A stretch of DNA of 64,000 nt from the human T2T-CHM13v2.0 reference genome, Homo sapiens. Below the pieces are notes generated by a model. That model was not told the origin of the DNA. It worked only from the letters and a program-made list of their open reading frames with translations, and did no database searches. Below are positions 13,601 through 25,098 of this stretch, one piece after another; the first letter of the stretch is position 1; every line of letters starts with the position of its first letter. The stretch is taken from the NCBI RefSeq assembly GCF_009914755.1, contig NC_060929.1; one strand, 5' to 3'. The position numbers and the translations under genes are program-made.

Positions 13601-15029
13601 CTTGCCAACTGGAGAGTTAGTTGCATCCTATGGAGGCAACATGATGTAGCTCAGGTTTCCTGTGTGGGCAGCAATGTGAAGAATTCTTCAACTCTTGAGG
13701 AGGTAGCTCCTGTTCCTACACTAGACATCAGATTAAATAAGTACAATTAATCTTCATCCAAGCAATATAATATGTAAGATCATGGTTTTAAATTAGGAAC
13801 TGCAATAGGTCACCGTAATTGTGAATTTCTTCATATTTTTATTTATAAAAAACACTCAAGAAAACATAATAATAACATTGAGAACAATAGCAACCAACAA
13901 TTGAACTTCATACTATCTGGAATTTCACCCTATTCAAGAAGAGCTCTTGGCTTTCCCTGTTGGTAATCCATATTTCCATTGGTATGAACAGGCTAAGAAT
14001 GGATACCACTCACTGTTTTTATTTATGGTCCATTCTACAGCTTTGAAATTAAGTTGACATTGGGTGTTAGCAGATATTCATTACCTTTCTAAAATGCCAC
14101 TTAAAACACTGATTGCTTGGGGAGTGGGTGGCAAAGGAGAAATCTCATACTCAGATGGTTGATCCCATTCATAAAAGGCTACATTTAGAAATTCTCCTGT
14201 ATTTACGGTGTACACTGTTACTTCTGCTAGTGGGCCAGGCTGACTCTCCTGGGCTTCTTTGCATCTTTTCTGTTTTAAAATAATCTTTGTCTTGTTTCTG
14301 GAGTAAAGCTTTTGTGTTCTGTAAAATATTATGCATGTTGACAACAAGACACAAATAATGAACCATCTAAAGCAACATTCCAGCTAGCTAACAAAATTTG
14401 AGAGGCTGATTTATACTAGAATTTTCAAAAAAAGCACAACAAATGAAAAGGAGGGAAGAAACAACCCACTAGAAATGAAAAAAATAAGATATAAACAAAT
14501 CTTTCTTCACAAAGAACATCCCACGTATGGATGCCTGTGAGACTCAGAAATTACTCAGTCCTAGAAGTTGTGAGCCAAGTCTTCTCTGAGGTGCTTTTCT
14601 TTCCCCCCAAAGAAGTCATACCAGGTATATATAGAGAGATCTATAATGCCCTTCTGTTGGGGGAATGAAAGCACTTTCAAAACAATCTCATAACATTGTG
14701 ATGGAGGAAATGATGGCAGGTTTTATATTACCCCATCATACAGGTGATGGAGGCCCTGATAAATGGAGTCAGTGGCAAAGTCACAAATAGCAGCCAGGCC
14801 TTCTGATGTACAGCTAAGACTTCAGCAGTTAAATGAAAAATATGTTCCTGGTTTGCTCAGCCCTTTGTCATCTTTCAGACAGAACCTTTCTCATTGGTTT
14901 TAACCTTTGTTCATTCCGGCACAGACATGCATTCCCCCCACTTCCAAGAGACAGGGCTCTTGACTCTAATTTTAAATTTGAATCTTATATTACAAAATTA
15001 TATCACAAATAATAAATGCTAAGATCAAA

Positions 15030-15272
15030 CATCAAAAATATAGTTGGAGAGTCAAACTCATAAAAGCAGAAAGTAAAATGTTGGTTGCCTGGGGCTAAGG
15101 GGAGGGGAGATGGGAAGTTGCTGTTCAATGTGTATTGTTTCAGTTATATGAAAGAGTTCTAGATATCTGCTGTAAAACATTGTGCCTGTAGTTAATGATA
15201 ATGTTCTGTAAACAAAAATTTGTTAAGAGGCTGATTTCATGTCATGTGAGTTTTTTAACCCCAATTAAAAAA
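15030..15272 (+). mobile_element. L1M (MA/MB) extreme 3' end
   Basis: gtcaaactcataaaagcagaaagtaaaatgttggttgcc..ggggagatgggaagttgctgttcaatg..gttctagatatctgc, followed by an A tail. Confidence 0.8.
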
Positions 15273-15358
15273 ATATAATTGGAATATACCCCTGCCCCAA
15301 CAATAATAGCTTTATGACCATATGACCATAAACTGACCTACTACAACTTTGGGGAGTG

Positions 15359-15508
15359 CAGTGATACTTTACCATTTGGGGAGTTATACACCCCTTTTGA
15401 ATCTGATAAAAGCTGTGCATGATCTCCCCAGAAAGATACACATCCACAATTACACAGGCTCCTGAAGCCACTTCCATGGTTCCATGAAAATCTTGGTTAA
15501 GAACCCAA
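15359..15508. mobile_element. hAT-Charlie-type MITE (same family as the element at ~63858-63990)
   Basis: cagtg...cccttttgaatctgataaaagct...ggttaagaaccc termini; similar in reverse complement to 63858-63990. Confidence 0.55.
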
Positions 15509-15524
15509 TATAGAAGGGAGAGCA

Positions 15525-15730
15525 TGGACTTGAGAGAGACCTTGGATTAAATCTTTGCCCCATCTTACTGTGTGACTTTGAGAAAAACTATTTAATTTCT
15601 CAGCACTCATTTTTCTACTTGTAAAATGGGAATTGAGCCCTTGAAGTGGGGTTATTGAGGAGATTAAATACATAATGCACATAAAGCATTTAGTACAGTG
15701 TCTAGCATATAGAATGTGTTTAGTACGTGA
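15525..15730 (+). mobile_element. MIR
   Basis: ctgtgtgactttg..gtaaaatggg..gattaaat..taaagcatttagtacagtgtctagcatatag. Confidence 0.85.
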
Positions 15731-15954
15731 TAATTCTTTTCCCTGATGAGATATTTAGTGGAGAAATGACTCTAATGTTTGGAGCAGGCATGCTGAAGCT
15801 GATGCTCAGGCCCACATCTACCTGATGGCTGAAAACATTATGCTAGGGGCAGATTGGTACAATTAATCAAGGGTTGGAGCCTTTTAAAGTCAAATCATTT
15901 TGGTTTACCCTGTTAGCCAAATCTTTTAATACTCCTTCTACATTATGATGGTTC

Positions 15955-16362
15955 CCCGTGGTGTGAATCCCATCTTCCCAAGATAGCATGCAAAGCTCCC
16001 ACATTTCTCAGTTTCTTTGCCGCCAGGGTGCAGTCATGTGACTTGGGTTCTGCTAATCAGATGCACATACAGAGATGCAGATACAGAAGTGATGCATATG
16101 AGGAAGCAGGTGGGGTGCAGGACATCAATTCTGCAGGCACAGATGGTGGGAAAACCAACATGGTTTTGGAATCGTGAGGAACAGCCATTTCCTTCCCTGC
16201 CAGTTCTGCATTGAGGTTCTGCGGACTGTGGAAGCTCACTCCAGAGCCTGTTTCTTCACTTTTTCCAAAGACTCAGTGAGCGTTCTAATGTCTTCTAATA
16301 ATCCACTTCCTATTTAAACCAAATAGAATAGATTCCATGATTGGCAATTAAGAACCCTGACT
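15955..16362 (+). mobile_element. Old ERVL/MaLR LTR (LTR16/MLT1K-like)
   Basis: cacatttctcag..gtcatgtgact..ctaatcagatg; ends caattaagaaccctgact. Confidence 0.55.
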
Positions 16363-17361
16363 TTCATAATGCTGATGTCCCACTATTTCATTTTATCTTC
16401 CTCCTGCCACAATTCCCTTGTTAATTCTGCAACAAGAATAAGTGTAATAAGGGATCCTGATATTCTTACATGAGTGAAATTTACATAAGAATGGGGCTTT
16501 CTATAAACAAGGGGCATAGACTCTTCCCACCTTGATTAGTGTCCTGAGTGATGTCTTTGGGATGCCTGCAAGAAGAATTTTGCAGCTTTAGTCTCGAGAG
16601 CTCCTTAAGTGTTCCTTCCACCCTATTCACCATATTCATGCAAGCATTGCTTATTAATTTGGATGTTTTAGGAAGGCAAATAGTTGCAAAGAAACTACTA
16701 TGAGCATGACAGAATAATAGTGGTTTGAATGGAAGCGTTCTATGCAATTATTATTTTTATTAAAATGAAGGACTATTCAGGAATGAGGCCACTTTACTAA
16801 ACAGATGCTTTTTTTCCTCCTAAAATATTTTGGGTTCTTTGATCAGCCTATACAATGCTTAAACTTTTTTTTTTGGATGAACACAGACTTTTAATAAAGC
16901 TGGTTTAAAGTCGCATGGTGGCAATGTTCTCAATTCATTCAATAAGTATTTATCATGAACTACCATATGCCAGATATTGTGCTAGGTGCTAGCGCAAATA
17001 AGATGCTGAATCAGTAAGATGCAGTAAGCTCTCTTGCCCTCAAGACTCTTGTAACCTAGCAGGAAGACAGACAGACAACTCCAACATAGTGTGGTGCCAG
17101 GATCTGTTTCTTCCAGAACTGGAAATGGTCTTTTTTTCTGCCAGGGCACTCTTTTTTTTTTTTTTTAAGTAGTTTAACCTCCAGTAAGAGGGATTTCTTC
17201 TTATACCTGAAACGTTAATAAGATTGCTAAAATTTGGTGGAAACAGCACTCTTATCAAGGTCAGGAATACATCATTAAGTTTAGTATCATTAATAGCTTT
17301 TGGATTGCATTCAGATGTCTTATTTCCACCTGGACTGGGTGGAAATATAGGTCAGCACACC

Positions 17362-17720
17362 TGTATTTCTTAGGGTTCCTTGGTGGCAAGCAACTGCTGA
17401 CTTTAGCTAATTCAATCAGAAGGAAGTTTAATGGTAGTTCAGAAAATGAAAGGAAAAGCTGGAGAATAAGACTTGGAAAAGTACTGGAACCGTAGCCGCT
17501 CTGGATCTGGTTAATGGGAACTAATTGATAGTCTTGTCCAGATACCACTGATCTTGTGTTATTCTTCTCAAGATTCAAAGTCCAAAGATAGCCCAATCCT
17601 GGGTTGACAAGGTTGAGACTGCTCAGAAGGAAATATGTAATTCCTTAAAAATAAACTGGGATGTTCTCACCAAAAGAAAGCAGAATGGATATAAGCAGCC
17701 AGATTCCAAATATTCTACCA
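17362..17720 (-). mobile_element. Old ERVL/MaLR LTR fragment
   Basis: Starts tgtatttcttagggttccttggtggcaagcaac; ends with accaaaagaaagcagaatggat. Confidence 0.5.
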
Positions 17721-17929
17721 TTATGTTTATGCTTTGAGTATGAGATTCTCATGTTGCTATCCATGGACATTTTCCTGGGTGGAGATTGGCTTTGAACAGT
17801 GATGTTGTTACTCACAATGTTGTTCTCGACCCAAGCTTGGCCACTTGGTTAAGGCAAGATAGGAAAAAAAATTATTTTCCTTGTGTAAGGAGAAAGGAGG
17901 AAGGGAGGAATGGGGTCACTGAGGGCTGA

Positions 17930-19190
17930 AGTGGTAGTTCTCAGCCTTGGCTACCATCAGCATTACCGAGGGACTTTTGCATTTTAATTATTTATTTTAA
18001 ACTAATTTTAGACTTTAGAAAAGTTGTAAAAATAAAAAAACCGAAAGAGTCCCTAGTACCCTTTTACTAGGAGTACCCTAGTCCCTGTTACCCTGCTTCT
18101 CCTAGTAACATAATTATAATAACAATATAGTTATCAAGAACAGGCAATTAGCATTGGTACAATATTATTTAGTAAACTACGGATTTTTCACCATTTTTTT
18201 TCCTCATGTACTTTTTTTTTTATTCCAGGATCTTACCCAAGATCCCAAATTGTATTTAGGTGTTACTTTTTAGTTCCTGAAACGGTTCATCACACTTTAA
18301 TTATCTTTCACAACCCTGATACTTCTGAAGAGTAAGAACAGTCATTCTGTACGATGTCCCTCAATTTGGGTTGGCTGTGTTTTCTCATGATTGAAGTTAT
18401 GCATTTTTGTCAAGAATACCACAAAGGTGAGGTTGTGCATTATAGCAAGGGGCTCAGGATGTTGATATGTATTAATAGTGATGTTTCTATGGTTAAGTTG
18501 CTGTTTCCTAAGGTTTTCATTGTAAAGTGACTATCTTTGTATTGGTAAGTACGTTAGGGGAAGGATTTTAAGTCTATGCAAATCCTTTTCTTCTCAGACT
18601 TTTGCCCACAAATTTTGATGTACATTTTTGGGTCCTGTCAACCCAAAACAATGATTGCTGTGGTGTTCTCCTAATGGTGGTTCTCTATTTCCCTCTTTTC
18701 TATGTTTATTAATTGGACCTCTATTGTGAGGAAGAGCTGTCTCTGCTCCTCTGCTTACTTTTAAATTTATTTCATTATTTATTTATATGAGTGTGGACTC
18801 ATGGATATTTATTTTAGTCTATGACTTAAAACCCAATGCTATCATTATTTGTTATTATAATTTGAATTTATTTTTCAAATTGCTCCAGCTTTGGCCATTG
18901 AGAGCTCCCTTAGACTGGCATCTGCTTTCTTTCAGTAAGATCCCATCTTTTGTTGAGCATTTCCTTAATTTGTGCACCATGAATTATTCAAGGCTTATCT
19001 TGTATTTTACCTGCTTTGGCCCTAAAATCAGCCACTTCCCACCTGGGGAAGTCGTTAAATCCTAGTGTCCATACCCCAGTCCAAGTCAATCAAATCAGAA
19101 GAGCTTAGGGGTGGGACCCAGGTGTAGGTAGTTTTAAAAAGTTCCACAGGTGATTCTAATGTGCAGCTGAGTTTAAAAATCACTGGACTA
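17930..19190 (+). mobile_element. MER5A split by an L1MC insertion
   Basis: 5' part gtagttctcagccttggct at ~17930-17980; remainder aatcaaatcagaa..ggtgattctaatgtgcagc..aatcactg at ~19040-19190. Confidence 0.75.
17982..19040 (-). mobile_element. L1MC-like 3' region
   Basis: taattttagactt.agaaaagttg, attggtacaata, atgtccctcaatttgggtt, gtggactcatggatatttatt, aatcagccacttccc. Confidence 0.8.
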
Positions 19191-19346
19191 GAGTGGTACT
19201 CTGCTAACGTTAATGTGTCTATGAAGCCCCTGGGAATCTTATTAAGACTGATTGAGTAGGTCTGGGGCAGGGACCAAGAGTCTGCATTTCTAACAAGCTC
19301 CCACATCTGCTCATTGGCAGATCACACACTGAGAAAAAAGGGGCTA
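19191..19346 (+). mobile_element. MER5B-like hAT MITE directly abutting MER5A
   Basis: ctgattgagtaggtctgggg..tctgcatttctaacaagctccca. Confidence 0.75.
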
Positions 19347-21907
19347 GAAGATGGTATTTCTTCAAGTACCAAAAGCCTTAAAAAGTATTCGCAGGGTTGC
19401 AAAGTGGCTTGTGGCTGCAGAGAAACTCATATTTGCTAGCTAACTATTCAGCATTATTTTATTTTCTAATTAGTTGGCATTAGTGGTAGAAAGAACTACT
19501 TGCCATATAGCATAGATAGTCAAGGAGATTGCTCTAAGAATTGAAAATAGAAAATGACTCAGAAAGCAAACCTCCTTAATGAATAAAAGCTAGTAAATGT
19601 ATTTGCCTGTCTTCTATTTCCTCAACAGGCAAAAAGTACTGAATACATCTTTTGGAAAAATGAAAAGTGATAAAAGAACATTTCATGCTGAAAGCATAGC
19701 AAGAAAATCCCAGATGTGAGTATCCGTTTTGGAAAGACAAATGCAAAAGATTGGAGTCTTCTGTGGGAAATAGGTCACCATTTTGTATTTTGTTTAAACA
19801 GAATCCTCAAGGGAACATCATCCTCAGTTCTTTTTGTGTATTAGCTCAGATTTTCCAGCTGTTTTTAGAGCATGCATATTCCTGTCCAGCTGCTAAGCTG
19901 TCTTTGTCTCCTCAAGGTGGTTGGTCTCTAGGAGAATAAGAAACAGGTCCAACAAGGTGCAGTCAAGATCATTCCAACCACCTTCTTTCTATAGAGCCAG
20001 GCACATTTGTCCCATAAAATGTCTCTTTGATCTCCAAATTAGGCCCATCTTCAGTAATACTCAAGGCTCAGAATACTTGATACTTCTTTGGGGTAGTCCT
20101 TTAAAAATACAGATTCCCAGATCTTTGGGTGGGGCCAGGAAGCCAGCATCTCCCACTCCCCTGGTCATCTGATGCAAGTGTTCCACATACAACACATTCA
20201 GAAACTTTGATCAGAGAAATCAGATCAGCAGCATACTCCTCTTTGGTCCATCACAGGCTTGTTTTAATTCGCTAACTTAGCTTAGTTTCCCATCCTTCTC
20301 AACACCTAGGTCAGAGAACCCAATAGCGGCAATTCACATTATTCCTCTTCCTCCCCTGTTCTTTTTGACCATCATTTAAAAATCCTTTGACTTATCTTCT
20401 GGAGCTTTGTATAGTAACACTCGTTCCTTTCCTTAGATACAAACAAAAGCTTGAGAGGCTCCACGGGCTTTTCCTCCTGGCTGGATGATCAGAAACTTCC
20501 ATGGTCTGTATCATGCTACACCCTCGGGTATAAATCGGAAACCCCAATCTAGCGCATCTCAACAGACACCTTTTGATAGATGCTTACTTTGTCTTGAAAT
20601 TGTACTTTATTAGTCATAGGGGAGTAGGCAAATCCATCATTAACAATGATAATAAAAATAGTCTACCAAAGTTGGATAATATAATCATCTTCATAATTCA
20701 AAGATAATCTGATATTTAGGATTTTTAGTGCATTAAATAGAAACATATTTACTTGTGATTTTGCAAAAATGTTCGTTCTGAGTTCATGATGTTCTAATTT
20801 CATCTATGTAAGAAAGAAGGACAACTGACCTTCCTCCCAACCTGATGTTTGGGAGAAAGGTCATGACACTGGGAGTAGACTTAAGGGTATGATGACTTTG
20901 CTGGAACATCGTCCATCTGGCAGAGACAGCTTGACATTCACAATAGGCCTCACCTACACAGCAGAGACTGGCAGAGACAACAGAGACTCCCAGAGGAAAT
21001 GTCTCCCGTCACTTCTGAGAAAAACATAGAAACCGGAGGGGGGCATTCAATCACAAAACACAATGAATACTTACCGGATTCCCAGGGGTGCTGTCCTTGA
21101 ATCAAATACTTTGTGAGCATGTCTCACAGAACACATGGAAACTGATTACCTTGGAGTACACCGACCTTGTCTCTCCTCGCCTTAGGCTAGTCTGGTTCTG
21201 TCATGTGACGCTACACTATTGGCTTTTCAGGAGTTGTGATGATGTTGTTTTTATTTTTCTGGCTCCTGCCTATGGTGACACTGCAGAGAAAAACCTGTGC
21301 TTTCACACTCACCTCTGGTCCCACAGTCTCCAACACTAGACACGTTTATAAAAAGGTCTCTTGGAGGGGGCACATTTCTGACCACTGAGGAAAATATTTA
21401 TTATTTAATTAACAAGATAGGAAAGTTGAACTTCAGGATTTGGATAAATCAAAACTGATTTTGGTCCAGTGGTTTGGCCACACCCCAGGAAATTTATCCA
21501 TGGGTCTAACTAGGATACTTTTGGGGAACTATCCTGACTCTCTAGTCATCTTCTATTTATAGTTATCCTTTGAGTTGGCCATGTTCTGGTCTGGATACTC
21601 TTAGCCTGAACTACAGTTTATTTCCCTCACAGGTGGGTGTGGAGATGAACAAGTACACTTTTAAACTGCAAGTTTTGAAGTAGAGTTTGAAATCTATTTA
21701 GTGGACTACAACTAGCATCTTTATTTTTAATAAAATATAAATTTCAGGGTGCATTGCTTAAAGGATGGGTAAGTATTGTCTCATGACATTTTATTTGTAT
21801 TTGTACATATGCATATGTGTCATGAGTTCCAGTGTGAAATATATTTCTTATTTGAGGTTCAGGTTTAAAAAGTTCAAGAAATACTGATCTAGTACTTGAC
21901 TTTGATC

Positions 21908-22155
21908 TGTAGAGGTTAAGAGCACAAATGCTGGGACCAAATGTTCAAATCTGAATCCTGGGTCCATCATTTGCTAGCTGTGTGACTTTAGCTGAATTAC
22001 TTAACTTCTCTGTCATAGTTTTCACATATTTCACAAATATGATATGAGAATAGTAATAGTAGCTACCTCATTGGGCTGGTATGAGAATTGAGTATATTAA
22101 CATTTTAAAGTGCTTAAAATCCTGCCTGGCACATAGTAAGTACCTTAAAAATGTT
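21908..22155 (+). mobile_element. MIR (near full length)
   Basis: ggttaagagcac..ctagctgtgtgac..ctacctcat..tgcctggcacatagtaagt. Confidence 0.9.
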
Positions 22156-22309
22156 TGTGGGAAAAACAAATATGTTCCTCAAGTATTTTCTTTTACAGAT
22201 TGAATCAATACAGCAAAGTTTCTTCCCTATGGATATTTATAATATGGTATATATATATATTTGAAAAAGCTGTCTGTTTTGAGTGGCATTGTATTAATAC
22301 TAGAATGCC

Positions 22310-22470
22310 TAGGAAAGACAGCCTTGGAATCAGGTTGCTGGGTTCCAAACCACAGCTCCACTGCTTACTTGCTGTGTGACCTTTGCAGATCCTCAGTTTC
22401 TTAATCAATAAAGTGGGACTAATAGAATCTGTTTCACAAGGTTGTTGCCAGGATTAAATGAGACCATCCA
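22310..22470 (+). mobile_element. MIR
   Basis: ctgggttccaaacc..gctgtgtgaccttt..cctcagtttc..ggattaaatgaga. Confidence 0.85.
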
Positions 22471-24146
22471 GAGAAGATGCAGAGGACTCAGGCGATAATA
22501 ACTATTGTCATTCTTGCTGTCGGTTATTCAGACCATGACCTTGCTTCTTATTTCCCTATGTACTGAAAAGCAACTCCTCCTCTTCTTTTATGTGCATGGC
22601 TGAAATTGTCATTTCAGTTCAGCTCTGGTGAATCAACCACGTAGGGGCTCAGATAAAGACCAGAACTCCTAAATAGGAAAGTAATTGTGAGGCCCGGGTT
22701 AAATTCGGACTGCCCCACTGTGCTCTCTCTTTAGCCTTGCTCTCACAACTTAGCTGCCACTAGACTTGACCTTTTGCCTCAGCAGGTCTTCATATCCCTG
22801 TGAATAATTCAGAAGCGTCACAATGAAAGCCTGACAACCGGAGTCCATTTTGCAGTATGGCTGTCTGAAGCAAGATAGACAAAACGTATTTCCTTCCCCT
22901 TCATCTTGAGGGGAGGAAACTGATCAGGACAAAGGTTGCTGTCCAATATGATGAAGCCCTCTGTGTGATGTATCACTTGTAAATACCATGATAGCATGAA
23001 AGGCTCATTAGCTGAAGGGGCTTTCAATTAGGGTCCTCCAGTTTTTAAGGACCTTTGGCAAGGCTGCTCTGACAAAGAGAAATCTAAGATGCTCAAGGAC
23101 CTGCTACTGTTTTTCTGTAACTCTTTCCTCTTCTCCCTCACACATTTTTCCTGTATCACTTATCACAGCTTCTAAAATGGATAAGGGAGCTATATTATGC
23201 AGTATCAATCTCTCGCTTGACCATAAGCTGCTCAAGGGCAGGGGACCTGACTTATTAATCTTTGTATCCCCTGCACCTGGCACACATCTCCATCAACGTA
23301 CATGGAACTGAGGCGGTTGAATTTACATCCCAGGTCACTGTGCCAGAGCTCAGAATGGGACTAGAGCTGAAGGCAAGAGAGGAATCATTTATTTCCCACT
23401 GCTGAGCTGAGTGCTGGCTTCCAAGGAAATTCCAGTCACCGGACAGGCAGCATCCTCCAGCCCCAGGGAAGGACTTAAGGGTACTCTATTGGTACCTTTA
23501 GTGAAAGTTCTTTCTCCTAGTTCTTAGAGGTAAGGAAAATGAAGCAACCTGTCCTGTATCCTGTTGGTTTACAACCCAGGGCTAGGAGAATGTACATTGG
23601 AAAGTGAATCCTTTTCATCCTCTGCTTAGCTGATCATACCGAGACAGACAATTTGAGTAGGACTACAGAGCTTGGTCCTAATTAAATACAAGGACATACT
23701 TTTTTATCTTCCTCCCTATCAAAAGGTTCAAGTCTCAGACTTAACTTTTTAGTTTACAAACAGAAATAAAGACAGGAAATAGTCTTTTAAAAACGCTCCG
23801 TGTATCCAAGCCAGGCACTTTGCTGATGCATTATATATATTTGCTCTAAGCCTGCCAAGACCAGTAGTAATGTAGCCATTTACAGTTGAGGAAACTGAGG
23901 CCCAAAGAGCTTAAACGGAAAAGCAGAGATTAGAGGTCACTCCCCTTTGGGTCCGCTCACTATACCACGAAGTTTCTGTCCTTTTCCTCCAACACGCTGG
24001 TGAGTCCGTGTGCGTGGGTGACTGTGTGTGTGTGGTTCCTTTTTTCCCTATAGAGCCCTCCTTCTTGTCCGTTTTCTTGATTCCACTTTTTGGAGACAAA
24101 GTCCAGTTCTTCTCCAAGGTCTCACCATCCGCTCGCCGTCTCCCTC

Positions 24147-24382
24147 TGACGTCCCAAGGACGGTCAGCCACTCCCCCGCTAAGTTCGGAGTCTCAGCCCT
24201 TGGCTCCGATTCTGGGCTCCGCCCCCACCCTCCGGGGACCCCCGCCTGGTCCCTGTCCCCTGCGCCCAGGCGCTCCAGCGGGACCACGGCCCGCGCCCGG
24301 GCCCCGCCTCCCCTACCTGAGGCCCTCATGGCCGGAGGCGTCGCAGCCTCCGCCCACCAGCGCGCCTGCCCTGCCATTGGCT
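24147..24382. promoter_or_regulatory. TATA-less proximal promoter motifs: GC boxes, CCAAT box, CRE-like site
   Basis: GC boxes at 24216-24226, 24301-24311 and 24347-24358. Reverse CCAAT (ATTGG 24376-24380, AGCCAATGG on the minus strand). TGACGTC at ~24147. Confidence 0.65.
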
Positions 24383-24505
24383 CTGCGGGCTGCCCGTCTC
24401 CTTGCTCCGTCCCGGAGGCAGGTTTTGCAAGGAGAAGCCGCAGTACCCGCGGCTCGGGTGCAGCGCGGGAGCACAGTGGAGCGCAGATCGCGGACCCGAG
24501 CGGGC

Positions 24506-24598
24506 ATGTCCCCGCGCGCGGGAGCCTCCGTTTGCGGCCGGGCCCGGGCGGCTGTGAACTTAGCAGCGGGCTCCTGCGGCCCCGTCACTGCCATGTAG
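24506..24598 (+). other. Candidate 30-aa upstream ORF in the MAST4 5' leader, ending in an ATG-TAG start-stop
   Basis: ggcATG at 24506 encodes MSPRAGASVCGRARAAVNLAAGSCGPVTAM*. Its last codon pair is gccATGTAG at 24593-24598. It is out of frame with the main ATG. Confidence 0.5.
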
Positions 24599-24735
24599 TC
24601 GCTGGCGGGGCTCCCTGCAGCCCGGGAGCGGCAGTGCCAGTGAGCCTGAGCCCAGGAGCCCGCGTCTTCCCCGGGAGGCGCTGAGTGCGCGCCGCGCCCC
24701 CGCCGCTCGGGAGGCACTTTGGGCCAGACAGGGAA

Positions 24736-25098
24736 ATGGGGGAGAAAGTTTCGGAGGCGCCAGAGCCGGTGCCCCGCGGCTGCAGTGGCCACGGCAGCCG
24801 GACTCCAGCCTCTGCGCTGGTCGCCGCGTCCTCTCCGGGTGCTTCCTCGGCCGAGTCCTCCTCGGGCTCAGAAACTCTGTCGGAGGAAGGGGAGCCCGGC
24901 GGCTTCTCCAGAGAGCATCAGCCGCCGCCGCCGCCGCCGTTGGGAGGCACCCTGGGCGCCCGGGCGCCCGCCGCGTGGGCTCCGGCAAGCGTGCTGCTGG
25001 AGCGCGGAGTCCTTGCGCTGCCGCCGCCGCTTCCCGGAGGAGCTGTGCCGCCCGCGCCCCGGGGCAGCAGCGCGTCCCAGGAGGAGCAGGACGAGGAG
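24736..25098 (+). CDS. MAST4: MAST4 (microtubule-associated Ser/Thr kinase 4) first coding exon, 121 codons
   Basis: MGEKVSEAPEPVPRGCSGHGSRTPASALVAASSPGASSAESSSGSETLSEEGEPGG...SQEEQDEE matches the recalled human MAST4 N-terminus. Strong Kozak context gaaATGG; donor GAG|GTGGGC at 25098/25099 (phase 0). Confidence 0.93.
24921..24939 (+). repeat. Coding (CCG)6 repeat encoding poly-Pro
   Basis: gccgccgccgccgccgccg encodes PPPPPP. Confidence 0.9.

Noticed and set aside
24685-24735. GTG-initiated 17-aa N-terminal extension of MAST4
   Set aside because: Poor context (T at -3, C at +4) directly after an in-frame TGA; the ATG at 24736 has a strong Kozak context.
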